64,000 nt of DNA from Deltaproteobacteria bacterium (GCA_040218735.1 JAVJQW010000019.1:32001-96000); one strand, 5' to 3'. Shown: positions 1-9,994, counted from the first letter of the stretch. Notes: generated from the letters alone by a model not told the origin. Made by a program: numbers and translations.

Positions 1-1
1 G

Positions 2-97
2 GGTGAGCTCGGCGGCATGGCGTTCGGCCCGGACGGGAAGCTCTACCTCGGGCTCGTCAACTCGGGCGACGTCTACCGCATCGACCCCAAGCAATAG
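2..97 (+). CDS. 3' end of a beta-propeller protein (SMP-30/NHL-like), truncated by window edge
   Basis: Frame 2 reads GELGGMAFGPDGKLYLGLVNSGDVYRIDPKQ*, a typical propeller blade. Confidence 0.6.
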   Translation, partial: GELGGMAFGPDGKLYLGLVNSGDVYRIDPKQ

Positions 98-155
98 CCC
101 CTACCCGCCTCGAAACCTTGACTCCCCTCGCCCGAGCCTCTTTGTAGGGCGGGCG

Positions 156-827
156 ATGGGGGAGCGTAAGGCCGCCGCGTTCTTCGACATGGACGGGACC
201 CTGGTGAGCACGAACCTCGTGCACTCCTACCTGTTCATGGCGGCCCACGAGCCGTCGATCGCCGGCAGCGTCGTCAGCACCGCGAAGGGGCTCGCCAAGA
301 TCCCCGCGTTCTTCGCCGTCGACCAGTTCAGCCGCCTCGCGTTCAACGACCTCCTCTTCGCGGGGTACGCCGGCTCCTACGAGGACCGGCTGATCGACTA
401 CGCCGAAGACCACTTCGAGAAGGTGCTCAAGCCGAACATCTTCCCCGGGTCCTACGACCTCGTCGCGAACGGGAAGAAGAAGGGCCTTCGGCAGGTCATC
501 GTGTCCGGCAGCCTCGACTTCATGGTCGCGCCGCTCGCCCGGCACCTCGGCATCGACGACATCATCACGAACCGCCTGGAGATGAAGAACGGCGTGGCGA
601 CGGGGAAGCTCCTCAAGCCGATCGTCGCGGGCGCCAACAAGGCGCGCATCATCCAGGAGTACGCCCGCGACTACGACATCGACCTGCTCGACAGCTACGG
701 CTTCTCCGACAGCTATTCGGACTATTCGATGCTGGCCGTCGTCGGCCGCCCGGCCGCGGTGAATCCGGACCGCCGTCTGCGCCGCTCCGCCAAGGAGCTG
801 AACTGGCCGATCCTCGACGTGCGCTGA
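156..827 (+). CDS. HAD-IB family hydrolase/phosphatase (SerB-like)
   Basis: AAFFDMDGTL motif I, IVSGS motif II, GANK, GFSDSYSD motif IV, AVNPD; ATG at 156. Confidence 0.9.
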   Translation: MGERKAAAFFDMDGTLVSTNLVHSYLFMAAHEPSIAGSVVSTAKGLAKIPAFFAVDQFSRLAFNDLLFAGYAGSYEDRLIDYAEDHFEKVLKPNIFPGSYDLVANGKKKGLRQVIVSGSLDFMVAPLARHLGIDDIITNRLEMKNGVATGKLLKPIVAGANKARIIQEYARDYDIDLLDSYGFSDSYSDYSMLAVVGRPAAVNPDRRLRRSAKELNWPILDVR

Positions 828-847
828 CTTGTGTTAGTGATCGAGGG

Positions 848-1717
848 ATGTGCCGGCTGTTCGGCTTTCGGAGCGTCATCCCGAGCATGGTCCACCGCTC
901 GCTGATCGACGCGGACAACGCGCTCGGCGTGCAGAGCGAGAACCACCCCGACGGCTGGGGCGTCGCCTACTACATCGACAACGCGCCGCACGTGATGAAG
1001 AGCGTGTCGACGGCGCTGACCGATCAGCTGTTTCAGCGGGTGAGCGGCATCGTGTCGTCGGAGACCGTCGTCGCGCACGTGCGCAAGGCGACGCAGGGTG
1101 ACCTGTCCGTCCTCAACGCGCACCCGTTCCAGTACGGGCGCTGGGTGTTCGCGCACAACGGCGACATCCCGGAGTTCGGCGAGGTGCGCAAGACACTGCT
1201 GAACGAGGTCGCGCCGCGCCTGCGCCGCTTCGTCCTCGGCGACACCGACAGCGAAGTCATCTTCTTCATGTTCCTCTCCGAGCTGCAGCGGCACGGCGCG
1301 CTCGCCAACAACCACGGCACCGACGAGGTCTTCGCCGCGCTCAGCACGACGGTCGAGCGCGTGCGCGAGATCTGCGACACGAAGCAGCGCGGACACACCT
1401 CGCTGCTCACGCTCCTCGCGACGAACGGCGCGACGCTCGCGGCGACGCGCGGCGGTAAGGAGCTGTACTGGTCGTCGTACAAGACGCGCTGCGCGGACCG
1501 CGACACGTGCCCATCGCTATCCGACGAGTGTGAAGCGCCGACGCTCACCGGATTCGTGAACCACCTGATCCTCTCGAGTGAGCCGCTCGGCGGTGAAAAC
1601 GTCTGGCACGAGCTCGACGACGGCGGGCTCATCGGCGTCGACTGGCGGATGCGGTTGGTTCACCGCGGGCTCGACGAGTCGCGCTCCCTCCCGATCGTCC
1701 ACGACGCGGCGAGCTGA
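848..1717 (+). CDS. Class II (Ntn) glutamine amidotransferase, YafJ/EgtC-like
   Basis: N-terminal MCRLFG (catalytic Cys2), DGWG, AHVRKAT, HPF, AHNG, GDTDSE. Confidence 0.9.
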   Translation: MCRLFGFRSVIPSMVHRSLIDADNALGVQSENHPDGWGVAYYIDNAPHVMKSVSTALTDQLFQRVSGIVSSETVVAHVRKATQGDLSVLNAHPFQYGRWVFAHNGDIPEFGEVRKTLLNEVAPRLRRFVLGDTDSEVIFFMFLSELQRHGALANNHGTDEVFAALSTTVERVREICDTKQRGHTSLLTLLATNGATLAATRGGKELYWSSYKTRCADRDTCPSLSDECEAPTLTGFVNHLILSSEPLGGENVWHELDDGGLIGVDWRMRLVHRGLDESRSLPIVHDAAS

Positions 1718-1722
1718 ATCGA

Positions 1723-2751
1723 ATGGTCACCATCGCCGTCGACGCCATGGGAGGCGACAACGCCCCCGACGCGATCGTGCGCGGAGCCGCCGAGGCTTCG
1801 CTGGCGATCGACGGCGAGGTGTTGCTCGTCGGCGACGAAGCGAAGATCGCTCCGCTCCTGGAGAACGCGAAACACGATCCGGAGCGCATCCGCATCCACC
1901 ACGCCCCGCAGGCGATACCGATGGACTGCAAACCGCGGGCGGCGCTCGACGCGATGCCGGAGTCGTCGCTGTGCGTGGCGACGAAGCTCGTCGCCGCGGA
2001 GGGTCACGCGGACGCGCTGGTCAGCGCCGGCAACACCGGCGCGGTGATCCTCGCGTGCGCCGACGCGTTCGAGTGCATCCCGGGCGTACGCCGTACGGCG
2101 CTGGCGGCGGTGATCCCGACGGAGCGCCGACGCGGCAAGAAGCAGGACCCCTTCACGTTGCTGCTCGACGCGGGCGCGACGCTGCGGGTGTCGGCGGAGG
2201 ACCTCGTCGGCTTCGCGTTGATGGGCGCGGCGTACGCTTCGATCGTCTCGAAGAACGACCGCCCGCGCGTCGCGCTGCTGTCGAACGGCACCGAGCCGAC
2301 GAAGGGCACGCCGGAGATCGTCGAGGCGCACCAGCTGCTGCTGACGGCGGACGGGATCGACTTCGTCGGCAACCTCGAGGGCATCGACATCCCGCGCGGC
2401 AAAGCCGACGTCATCGTGTGCGACGGCTTCACCGGGAACATCACGCTGAAGATGCTCGAGGGCGTCTCCCAGACCGTGAAGAACCTCGCGCGCTACGCGT
2501 ACCGGCGGAAGGTGTCGTGGAAGCTCGCGATGTGGCTGCTGTCGAGCGGCATCAAGCGCATCAAGGAAGTCACCGACTGGCAGCAGTACGGCGGCGCGCC
2601 GATCCTCGGGTTCGATCGGCTCTGCATCAAGGCGCACGGCCGCAGCGGTCCGCGCGCGATCCGCAACGCGATCAAGGTGGCGGAGCGCTGCGTGAATCAG
2701 GACCTGGCGGGGCGGATCGAGAAGTACGTCGCGTCGGTCGACCGAAGCTGA
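1723..2751 (+). CDS. plsX: Phosphate acyltransferase PlsX
   Basis: IAVDAMGGDNAP, SAGNTGA, LLDAGA, DVIVCDGFTGNI.LK..EG, YGGAPILG, KAHGRS. Confidence 0.9.
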   Translation: MVTIAVDAMGGDNAPDAIVRGAAEASLAIDGEVLLVGDEAKIAPLLENAKHDPERIRIHHAPQAIPMDCKPRAALDAMPESSLCVATKLVAAEGHADALVSAGNTGAVILACADAFECIPGVRRTALAAVIPTERRRGKKQDPFTLLLDAGATLRVSAEDLVGFALMGAAYASIVSKNDRPRVALLSNGTEPTKGTPEIVEAHQLLLTADGIDFVGNLEGIDIPRGKADVIVCDGFTGNITLKMLEGVSQTVKNLARYAYRRKVSWKLAMWLLSSGIKRIKEVTDWQQYGGAPILGFDRLCIKAHGRSGPRAIRNAIKVAERCVNQDLAGRIEKYVASVDRS

Positions 2752-3162
2752 CTACGCGAGCGCGGTCTTCGCGACCGTGCCTTCGGTCGGTGCATTCGCG
2801 GCGTCGAGTCGGCGGGAGGCCGGACGCAAGATGTAGGACGCGACGGCGACGGACAGCACGACGAGCGGCGCGAGCGAGTCGGCGACGGGATCGCCGGAGG
2901 CGAGGTGCGAGACGAACGCGCCGGTGAGCAGGAATCCGATCCCGGCGTACGCCCACTCCTTGATGCGCGCGAAGCCCGGGACGAGGAGAGCGACCGCAGC
3001 GCCGACCTTCCAGATGCCGAGGAGCGGGAGGATGTAGGCGGGGTAGCCGAGGCGGGCCATGTTCTGCTGCATCTCTTCGCTCCCGCTGAGCTGACCGACA
3101 CCGCCGCCGAGCAGCGCGAGCGCGACCAGGACCGTGAGCACCCAATAGATCTTCTTGTTCAT
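2752..3162 (-). CDS. DoxX-like membrane protein
   Basis: Four hydrophobic segments; LGYP.Y, KEWAYAG motifs; divergent from LysR. Confidence 0.85.
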   Translation of the reverse strand: MNKKIYWVLTVLVALALLGGGVGQLSGSEEMQQNMARLGYPAYILPLLGIWKVGAAVALLVPGFARIKEWAYAGIGFLLTGAFVSHLASGDPVADSLAPLVVLSVAVASYILRPASRRLDAANAPTEGTVAKTALA

Positions 3163-3237
3163 GGCACCACCCTAAGAATCGACTCATAAGTGGACAAGAC
3201 GTCGACTTCGGGCACCACCTGAACGAAAATCGAGCAG

Positions 3238-4143
3238 ATGATTGCGGATGCGCTGCGGGAGTTCGTCACCATCGTGGAGCAGGGCTCCGTGTCGAAGGCG
3301 GCCCGATCGCTGGAGCTTCCGCGGGCGACGCTCTCCCGCCACCTCGCGGCGATGGAGGACGACCTCGGCGTGACCCTCCTGCACCGGCAGACGCGCCGCC
3401 TCACGCTGACCGCGGCCGGCGAGACGTTGTACCGGCGCGCGCTCAAGCTCGTCGCCGATGCGCAGGCGTTGGAGGTCGCGGTGCGGGAGCTCGACGGGGT
3501 GCCGCGCGGCGTGCTGCGGGTCTCCCTGCCGCCCGCGATCGGAGCCCGCGGCGGTGAGCTGCTGGGGCGCTACCTCGACAAGTACCCTCAGGTGTCGATC
3601 GACGTGGTCTCGACCGCGCGACACGTGGACCTCGTCGGCGAGGGGATCGACGTCGCGCTGCGCGGCGGGCTCGTCCGCGATCCGTCGTTGATGGTGCGGC
3701 AGCTGATGCCATCACGCATTCGCCTCGTGGCGGCGCCCGCGTTGCTGGAGGTGACCGGCCCGATCGAATCGGTGGAGGACCTCGCGCGGCTCCCGTGCGT
3801 GCGGATGTACGAAGGGGGCTGGCGGCCGATCGATCACTACCCGCTCACGGCCGGCGGCGCGGTGCAGGTCGACGGGCGGCTTCGCTGCAACGACGTGGTG
3901 CTCGCGCGTTCGTTTGTGTTGGAGGGGCGCGCGGCGGCGTTGCTCCCGGACGAGTTCACCGTGCACGACCTCGAGCGCGGGGCGATGGTCGAAGTGCTCC
4001 CCGAAGTGATCGGCGCTCGGGGCGCCGTGTCGGTGGTGTGGCCGCAGCAAGACCACCTCGACCCGAAGGTACGTGCGTTCATCGACGAGGCGGTCGCGTA
4101 CTTCGCCGAGTGGAAGTCGGGCGACCTGATGCGTCACCAGTAG
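3238..4143 (+). CDS. LysR family transcriptional regulator
   Basis: N-terminal HTH (GSVSKAARSL..TLSRHL..MEDDLGVTLLHRQTRRL.LT.AG); C-terminal PKVRAFID. Confidence 0.95.
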   Translation: MIADALREFVTIVEQGSVSKAARSLELPRATLSRHLAAMEDDLGVTLLHRQTRRLTLTAAGETLYRRALKLVADAQALEVAVRELDGVPRGVLRVSLPPAIGARGGELLGRYLDKYPQVSIDVVSTARHVDLVGEGIDVALRGGLVRDPSLMVRQLMPSRIRLVAAPALLEVTGPIESVEDLARLPCVRMYEGGWRPIDHYPLTAGGAVQVDGRLRCNDVVLARSFVLEGRAAALLPDEFTVHDLERGAMVEVLPEVIGARGAVSVVWPQQDHLDPKVRAFIDEAVAYFAEWKSGDLMRHQ

Positions 4144-4808
4144 AGCTGCCAGACGCCGTCGTCGAGGACGCCGTGGCCCTGGAACGTGACGCGCTCCTCG
4201 CCCGGTTCGAGCGGGCGGTCGGCGGCGATCTGGTGGAGGTGCGCGCCGTCGTGCACGAACAGATCGCCGAGCGCGTAGGGGTGGTAGGTCGCGTCGGCTT
4301 CGGTGGGGCGGTGGTCCTCGCCGTGGAGGATCGGCCAAGTGTAGAGGCCGGCGCCGGCGGCGGGGATCGCGATCGGGACGGTGAAGGAGAAGCGGCGCGA
4401 CGGGTCCGCGTTCGGGGAGACGTTCCAGTCGAGGTGCTCGTGCTGGAGGTCGTAGTGCAACTTGGGTTGCAAGTCACCGAGGCGGTCGTGGTGTTGGAAC
4501 AGGTGGAAGCCGGGCGGCGCGTAGACGTTGGTAATGGCGGCCGGAGCTCCGAGCGCGCCTTCGACGGCGATGACGAGGCGGTCGTAGAGCCAGCCGAGCT
4601 CCCGGTGCAACGCGCGTCGCGCGCGGGTCGCGCGAGTGTAGTACTGGCGGACGCCGTCGGTGGGGATGTCGAGGTAGGCCGCGGCGCCGATCGTGAAGGA
4701 CGGCAGCTCGGGGTGACGCGGGATCCAGTAGCGCTTCAACGCGTCGACGGCGGCGCGCGCGCGGGTGCAGTCGGCGGCGTCGAGGAATCGGTGCGCGGTG
4801 GGCTGCAT
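4134..4808 (-). CDS. Putative 2-oxoglutarate/Fe(II)-dependent oxygenase-like protein
   Basis: HYD (HxD) ... HLHQI ... RVTFQGH arrangement of a jelly-roll dioxygenase. Confidence 0.55.
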   Translation of the reverse strand: MQPTAHRFLDAADCTRARAAVDALKRYWIPRHPELPSFTIGAAAYLDIPTDGVRQYYTRATRARRALHRELGWLYDRLVIAVEGALGAPAAITNVYAPPGFHLFQHHDRLGDLQPKLHYDLQHEHLDWNVSPNADPSRRFSFTVPIAIPAAGAGLYTWPILHGEDHRPTEADATYHPYALGDLFVHDGAHLHQIAADRPLEPGEERVTFQGHGVLDDGVWQLYW

Positions 4809-4819
4809 GAGGAGCGATC

Positions 4820-5557
4820 TTGTCCGACGCGGCGTTTTCGGTCGAGCCGCGGTACCCTTCGGTGATGGACGATCTGACGCGCGATCGACTCGAAGAGCTC
4901 CTGGACCGGCGAGGCACGTTCTTCGAGGCGCGCTGGCGAGGCGTCGACTTCCTCGTGCTCGACACGCTCGCTTTCGGCGCGGGCGAGAAACGGTGGGACG
5001 AGGAGATCGGCTACCTGCTCGTCGACCTTCCGCGCCCGAACCCGTGTGATCTCCTCCTCGACTCGCGGCGCGAGGCGGACGACGGAGCGGGAGACGATCT
5101 ACATCGTTACTTCACGTGGTCGGCGACGAACGACCAGCTCGTGACGTCGCAGATCTGCGGCGCGCTCCTCGACGTGATGCTGTCGCTGCGCGAGCGCTAC
5201 AAGCGCGTCACCGTCACGGACGACTGGGTGGGCTTCGGGCCGATCGCCCGTGCGCCGTCGGAGTTGGTGGACGACCTCGACCGCGTCGTACAGCTCGCGC
5301 TCGCGTCGCGCGGCGAGGACTTCGACGCCGGCCCGCCCGGATGGGAGACGAAGGGGAGCTTCCCGACCCGGCGCCGATCCGCCGAGGCGCAGTTCGTCGC
5401 ACCGCCGGTGGGGTGGTCCACGGACAGCGCACCGGACGGCCCGAACGCCGAACCGGCGGAGGGCGCCGAGCTCCCGTTCTGTTACTTCTGCGGCGCCGCG
5501 ATGGAGCGCGTCGCACGCGTGTGCCCGGAGTGCGGCGCGGACCTCAGCGACGACTGA
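4820..5557 (+). CDS. Hypothetical protein with C-terminal zinc ribbon
   Basis: CYFCG...CPECG at C-terminus; start uncertain (ATG at 4865 also possible). Confidence 0.65.
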   Translation: MSDAAFSVEPRYPSVMDDLTRDRLEELLDRRGTFFEARWRGVDFLVLDTLAFGAGEKRWDEEIGYLLVDLPRPNPCDLLLDSRREADDGAGDDLHRYFTWSATNDQLVTSQICGALLDVMLSLRERYKRVTVTDDWVGFGPIARAPSELVDDLDRVVQLALASRGEDFDAGPPGWETKGSFPTRRRSAEAQFVAPPVGWSTDSAPDGPNAEPAEGAELPFCYFCGAAMERVARVCPECGADLSDD

Positions 5558-5592
5558 ACACACTCCGCGCCGAGCAGTGGTATCTTCGCGGC

Positions 5593-6618
5593 GTGGGCAA
5601 ACGCGCTTGGGGCTCCGCTGGCGTGGTGTTCGCGCTGCTCGCGACCGCGGCGGCCCGCGCGGAGGAGCCCGGGGCCCCCGAGCTCACCCCGACCGCCGCG
5701 AGCCTCGACGTCCTGATCCCCATCATCACGCACGTCGGCACGTTCGTGGAGTATCGGCGGGTGATGGTTGCGCGGGGTCGGCCGCCCTTGATCCCAATCG
5801 TGACGCCGCACGGGACGCTGGTGCACCCTACCGGTACCGGTACCGGTCCGGGTCCCGACGGCGGCGCCGCGATTGAGGCACGAGGGGTGGGCGCCGCTTC
5901 CGTTTCCGCGTCCGTTTCCGCTTCCGCTTCCGAGTCCGCTTCCGAGTCCGTCACCAGCTTCGGTTCCGGCTCCGCGTCCGCCTCGGAATCCGGCTCTGTC
6001 CCCCCGCCGCGTAGCGCGGATCGCGGAGCTTCGTCGAAGGGCGAGGGTAGCGTCGCCGGCTCCGCCGCGACCGCGGGCGCGAAGGTCGCCGCCCCGACGG
6101 CGCGGCCCCGCTCCGCGCTCTCCCTCGCGCTCCACTACGAGGCCGGCTACTTCGGCCCCGCCGACGTGAACGCCGAGCTCACGGCCCGGGCGGGCGTCGA
6201 GCGTAACTTCGTCCTCTTCGGGGGCCTCGGCCTCGGGCTCGAGGTTCGTCCGCACCCTTGGGTCGGGCTGTCGGCGACGACGAGTTACCTCCTCGCGCCG
6301 CCGGAGACGATCAACCTCGAGGTCCACTATCTGCACGCGTTCGCGGGCACGGTCGCGGCGCGGCTCTACGTCCCCACGGTCGACGCGCTCGACATCGCGA
6401 TGGGCGTCGAGGGCTCGATCCACTGGGCCGGCTACCAGGACACCAGCGCCGTAGGCCCCGGGTTCGTGTGGCGCTTCGGCGTCCAGCTCCTCGACCCGGA
6501 CCTCCCCGCCGTGCTCGCCACGATCTACGTCCGCCGCGCCAAGCTCCGCGACGACGACGGCTTCGAGCTCGACCTCTCCGGGATCGGCGCGATGGCCGAC
6601 TTCTCGTTCGACCTATAA
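5593..6618 (+). CDS. Putative outer-membrane beta-barrel protein with low-complexity linker
   Basis: Signal peptide (..ATAAARA-EEP), TG/SA/SE-rich linker, alternating beta-strands, C-terminal DFSFDL; TATCTT 6 nt before GTG. Confidence 0.6.
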   Translation: MGKRAWGSAGVVFALLATAAARAEEPGAPELTPTAASLDVLIPIITHVGTFVEYRRVMVARGRPPLIPIVTPHGTLVHPTGTGTGPGPDGGAAIEARGVGAASVSASVSASASESASESVTSFGSGSASASESGSVPPPRSADRGASSKGEGSVAGSAATAGAKVAAPTARPRSALSLALHYEAGYFGPADVNAELTARAGVERNFVLFGGLGLGLEVRPHPWVGLSATTSYLLAPPETINLEVHYLHAFAGTVAARLYVPTVDALDIAMGVEGSIHWAGYQDTSAVGPGFVWRFGVQLLDPDLPAVLATIYVRRAKLRDDDGFELDLSGIGAMADFSFDL

Positions 6619-6867
6619 CGCGTCGGTCGACGCGAGCAGCTCGGGACGGAAGTCCCCACGCACCCGCACCAGCGGGGCGAACCGCGTCTTCCGTCGCACC
6701 CGCACCAGCGTCGCGCTCGGTTTGACGAGCTCCCCGGACAGCCGCACCTCCGAGAACTCGATGACCGTCTTCTTCTTGAAGGCCTCCTGAGGCGCCTCCT
6801 CCTCCGCGAACGCGACGCCGGGGACCGTGAGCATCAGGGTCAGCAACCCCGTGAACCATCTGTTCAT
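6613..6867 (-). CDS. cglF: Adventurous gliding motility protein CglF/GltF-like
   Basis: Signal peptide then KKKTVIEFSEV.LSGELVKP...RRKTRF..LVRVR.DF.PEL..S.D.L, matching remembered CglF consensus. Confidence 0.75.
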   Translation of the reverse strand: MNRWFTGLLTLMLTVPGVAFAEEEAPQEAFKKKTVIEFSEVRLSGELVKPSATLVRVRRKTRFAPLVRVRGDFRPELLASTDAL

Positions 6868-6887
6868 GTTCCTTCGGTGCTTCGAAG

Positions 6888-7904
6888 GTGGCGAAGCCTT
6901 ACAGAATGAAGTTGACTACGGCTCCGGTGGCCAAGAAATCGGATGTCATCTGGAACGAGCTCAGCCTCGTTCTGCAGGCGGGCAAGCCCAAGGAGATCGC
7001 CCGCCACCTGCACCTGCTCTCGAAGCAGCAGCTGCACCCGCTCTTCCGCGCCGCCCTCGACGCGCAGATCCTCTGGAACGAAGGCGCGATCGCGCAGGCC
7101 TGCGAGGAGCTCGAGAACGCGCAGAAGACCCGCAAGCTCGGGCCGCACGAGATCCTGATGCTCGGCCTCATCCTCTACGAGAAAGAGGAGTTCGACGAGG
7201 CCGAGAAGCAGCTCGACTTCGCGTTCGAGAAGGGCGTCCTCGACAGTCGCCTCGTCCTCGCGCGCGCCGGGGTCCAGATCGCGAAAGAGAAGTACACCGT
7301 CGCGCGGAAGATCCTCCACACGTCGCTCAAGGCCGAGATGAACCAGTGGCGCGCGTGGCTGCTGCTCGGCGAGGTGGAGATCCTCCGCAAGGATCTCCGC
7401 GCCGCCGCCGACGCTTTCCTCGCCGTCACGCGCCTCGCCCCGAACTTCGAGCCCGGCTGGACCCACGCCGCCGGCGTGCTCGTCGACCTCGGCTACCCCG
7501 AGCGCGCCGCCGAGCTGCTCCGCCGCATCTGCAGCGTGCGTCCGAGCTTCGTCGCCGCGCAGCTCGCCTTCGCGCAGGTGCTCCAGAACCTCGGGCAGTT
7601 CAAAGAGGCCCTCCACTGTCTCCGCACCGTCGGCCGCTACGCGATGGAGCCGACGATGCTCATGGAGATCGCGGAGATGATGTTCAAGCTGCAGGAGTAC
7701 CAGGACTGCGCGAACATCCTGAACCGCGCGCAAGAGCAGGCGCAGCACCTCCCCAAGCTCTGGTTCCTCCGCGGCGAGCTCGCCAACGCCGCCGGACTCG
7801 AAGGTCGCGCCAACGCGATCCAACACTACCGAGAAGCCCTGCTCCGCGACCGCGAGTTCAAACCCGCACGCGAGCGCCTCGACGCCCTCCTCGCCCAGAT
7901 CTGA
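6888..7904 (+). CDS. Tetratricopeptide repeat protein
   Basis: Repeated helical TPR patterns (AWLLLGEV, LAFAQVLQNLGQFKEA, LWFLRGEL); start may be ATG 6906. Confidence 0.8.
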   Translation: MAKPYRMKLTTAPVAKKSDVIWNELSLVLQAGKPKEIARHLHLLSKQQLHPLFRAALDAQILWNEGAIAQACEELENAQKTRKLGPHEILMLGLILYEKEEFDEAEKQLDFAFEKGVLDSRLVLARAGVQIAKEKYTVARKILHTSLKAEMNQWRAWLLLGEVEILRKDLRAAADAFLAVTRLAPNFEPGWTHAAGVLVDLGYPERAAELLRRICSVRPSFVAAQLAFAQVLQNLGQFKEALHCLRTVGRYAMEPTMLMEIAEMMFKLQEYQDCANILNRAQEQAQHLPKLWFLRGELANAAGLEGRANAIQHYREALLRDREFKPARERLDALLAQI

Positions 7905-7978
7905 AGCGGGCCTGACGCAACGCGACGTCGACAATAGGTGTAGCGACCGGCTCGCCGGGCCCGTAGGCTCCGCGCCGC

Positions 7979-9994
7979 ATGGGCCGCCGCCGCAAGTACG
8001 CCAGCGCATCCCCCCCCGCGCCGATCGACCTCAACCCGATCTCCGAGCCCGTCCTCGACTTCCCCGACCGCGACCTCGCGGACATGACGCCCGACGACTA
8101 CGCCCGCCTCGGCTTCATCTGCGGGCTCGAGGTGCACCAGCAGCTCCTCACGCAGCGCAAGCTCTTCTGCCGCTGCCCCGCCGGCGTGCGCACGCGCGAG
8201 GTCGACGCCGAGGTCCTCCGCCACATGCGCCCCACCCTCTCCGAGCTCGGCGAGTACGACGGCTGCGCGCTGATGGAGTTCAAGACGAAGAAGGAGATCC
8301 TGTATCTCCTCGCGCACGGCCTCGTCTGCACCTACGAGATGGACGACACGCCGCCGTTCGAGATCGACCCGCTCGCCGTGAAGCGCGCGCTCGAGGTCTC
8401 GGCGATGTTCGACATGAACCTCGTCTCCGAGCTGCAGGTCATGCGGAAGCAATACCTCGACGGCTCGATCCCCACCGGCTTCCAACGCACCGCGATGGTC
8501 GCGCTCGGCGGACAGATCCCCATGCGCGAGAGTGAGCTCGGTCCGGACCGTGTGCTCCGCATCCGCCAACTCACGCTCGAAGAAGACAGCTGCCGCGAAG
8601 TCCGCGACCACGGCCACAACATCATCTTCCGCACTGACCGCCTCGGCACGCCGCTCATCGAGACCGTCACGGAGCCGGACCTCGTCACGCCCCACGACGT
8701 CGCGGTCGGCGGGCGCCTAATCGCCTCCGTCGCGCGCGCGTCGAACAAGGTACGACGCGGGCCGGGCGCCGCGCGTCAGGACGTGAACGTCTCGATCGCC
8801 GGCAGCCGCCGCGTCGAGATCAAGGGCGTCCCGAACCACCGCATCCTCCCGCGCCTCGTGCACAACGAAGCGTTCCGGCACCTCAACCTGCTGCGCATCC
8901 GCGACCTGATGCACAAACGCGAGCTCGCGGAGAGGGACTTCCAGATCGACGACAGCGAAGACGCGTGGACGTCGAGCCTCGTCGTCGACGCGCGGCGACT
9001 GCTCCGCGGCTCCGCGTTCCTCCCGATCGTGGAGGCGCGCGCGCAGGGCGAGATGGTCTGCGCCGTTCGCATCCCGCGCTGCGCGGGCCTGCTCGCGCAC
9101 CGCACCCAACCCGGGCACGTCTTCCTGCAGGAGCTGTCGGAGCGCGTGCGGGTGATCGCCTGCCTGACGCCGCCGTTCATGATCTCGTCGGACACCCACG
9201 CGGACGCGCTGTCGAGCGTGGTGTGGCAGCAGCTCCGCTCCGCGACCGGCGCGACGCGCGACGACGCGATCGTCGTGGTGTGGGGCCCCGAGGACGACGT
9301 CGACACCGCCGCGCGCGAGATCCTGACCCGCGCCGCCGACGCGACCGTCGGCGTCCCCTCCGAGACACGCCAGGCCCACGGCGACGCCTCGACCGGCTTC
9401 GAGCGCATCCTCCCCGGCCCCGAGCGCATGTACCCGGACACCGACACGCCGCCCCTCCCGATCCCCGACGTGTGGCTCGAGGACAACGCGGCACACATGG
9501 CGCCGCGTCCGTGGGAGCGCGAGGACCGCTACCTCGCGGACGGCGTCACACCGGCGCTCGCAAGGCAGCTTGCATCTTCGGTGCACGCGCCCACCTACGA
9601 AGCGCTCGCGCCGAAGACGAAGGACGCCGCGGTGCGTGTCGCCGCGATCCTCGTCGGGCGGCTGCGGCGGTTGAACACGATCGAACCGGAGCGCGTCGCG
9701 CCGCTGGTTCGTGCGGTGGAGGCGGGGACGCTGCTCCCCGAAGCGCTCGACCTCGCGTTCCTCCGCGTGCGGGACGGCGAGAAGGCCGAGACGGTGCTGC
9801 GTGACTTCGAGGTCGCGCGTGATCCCGACGCGCGCCTGTCGGAGGCCGTGGCGAAGGTCGAAGCCGCGAAGAAGGCCGTCCTCACGAAGGACGTCGAAGC
9901 GCGTTGCCGGTGGGCGATGGGCTTGGTGATGCCGGACCTGATCGGGCGCGTCGCGCGCACGACGGTCGAGGCGCGCGTGCGGGAGGTCCTGTGA
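7979..9994 (+). CDS. gatE: Glu-tRNA(Gln) amidotransferase subunit E (archaeal type)
   Basis: GLEVHQQL, KLFCRCP, RPTLSELGEYD, MRKQYLDGS.PTGFQRT, LEED, DRLG.PLIE, RQDVNVSI, VEIKGV, AspRS-like insertion (CAVRIP..AGLL....QPG), GVP.ETR, PG.ERMYPDTD. Confidence 0.92.
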   Translation: MGRRRKYASASPPAPIDLNPISEPVLDFPDRDLADMTPDDYARLGFICGLEVHQQLLTQRKLFCRCPAGVRTREVDAEVLRHMRPTLSELGEYDGCALMEFKTKKEILYLLAHGLVCTYEMDDTPPFEIDPLAVKRALEVSAMFDMNLVSELQVMRKQYLDGSIPTGFQRTAMVALGGQIPMRESELGPDRVLRIRQLTLEEDSCREVRDHGHNIIFRTDRLGTPLIETVTEPDLVTPHDVAVGGRLIASVARASNKVRRGPGAARQDVNVSIAGSRRVEIKGVPNHRILPRLVHNEAFRHLNLLRIRDLMHKRELAERDFQIDDSEDAWTSSLVVDARRLLRGSAFLPIVEARAQGEMVCAVRIPRCAGLLAHRTQPGHVFLQELSERVRVIACLTPPFMISSDTHADALSSVVWQQLRSATGATRDDAIVVVWGPEDDVDTAAREILTRAADATVGVPSETRQAHGDASTGFERILPGPERMYPDTDTPPLPIPDVWLEDNAAHMAPRPWEREDRYLADGVTPALARQLASSVHAPTYEALAPKTKDAAVRVAAILVGRLRRLNTIEPERVAPLVRAVEAGTLLPEALDLAFLRVRDGEKAETVLRDFEVARDPDARLSEAVAKVEAAKKAVLTKDVEARCRWAMGLVMPDLIGRVARTTVEARVREVL

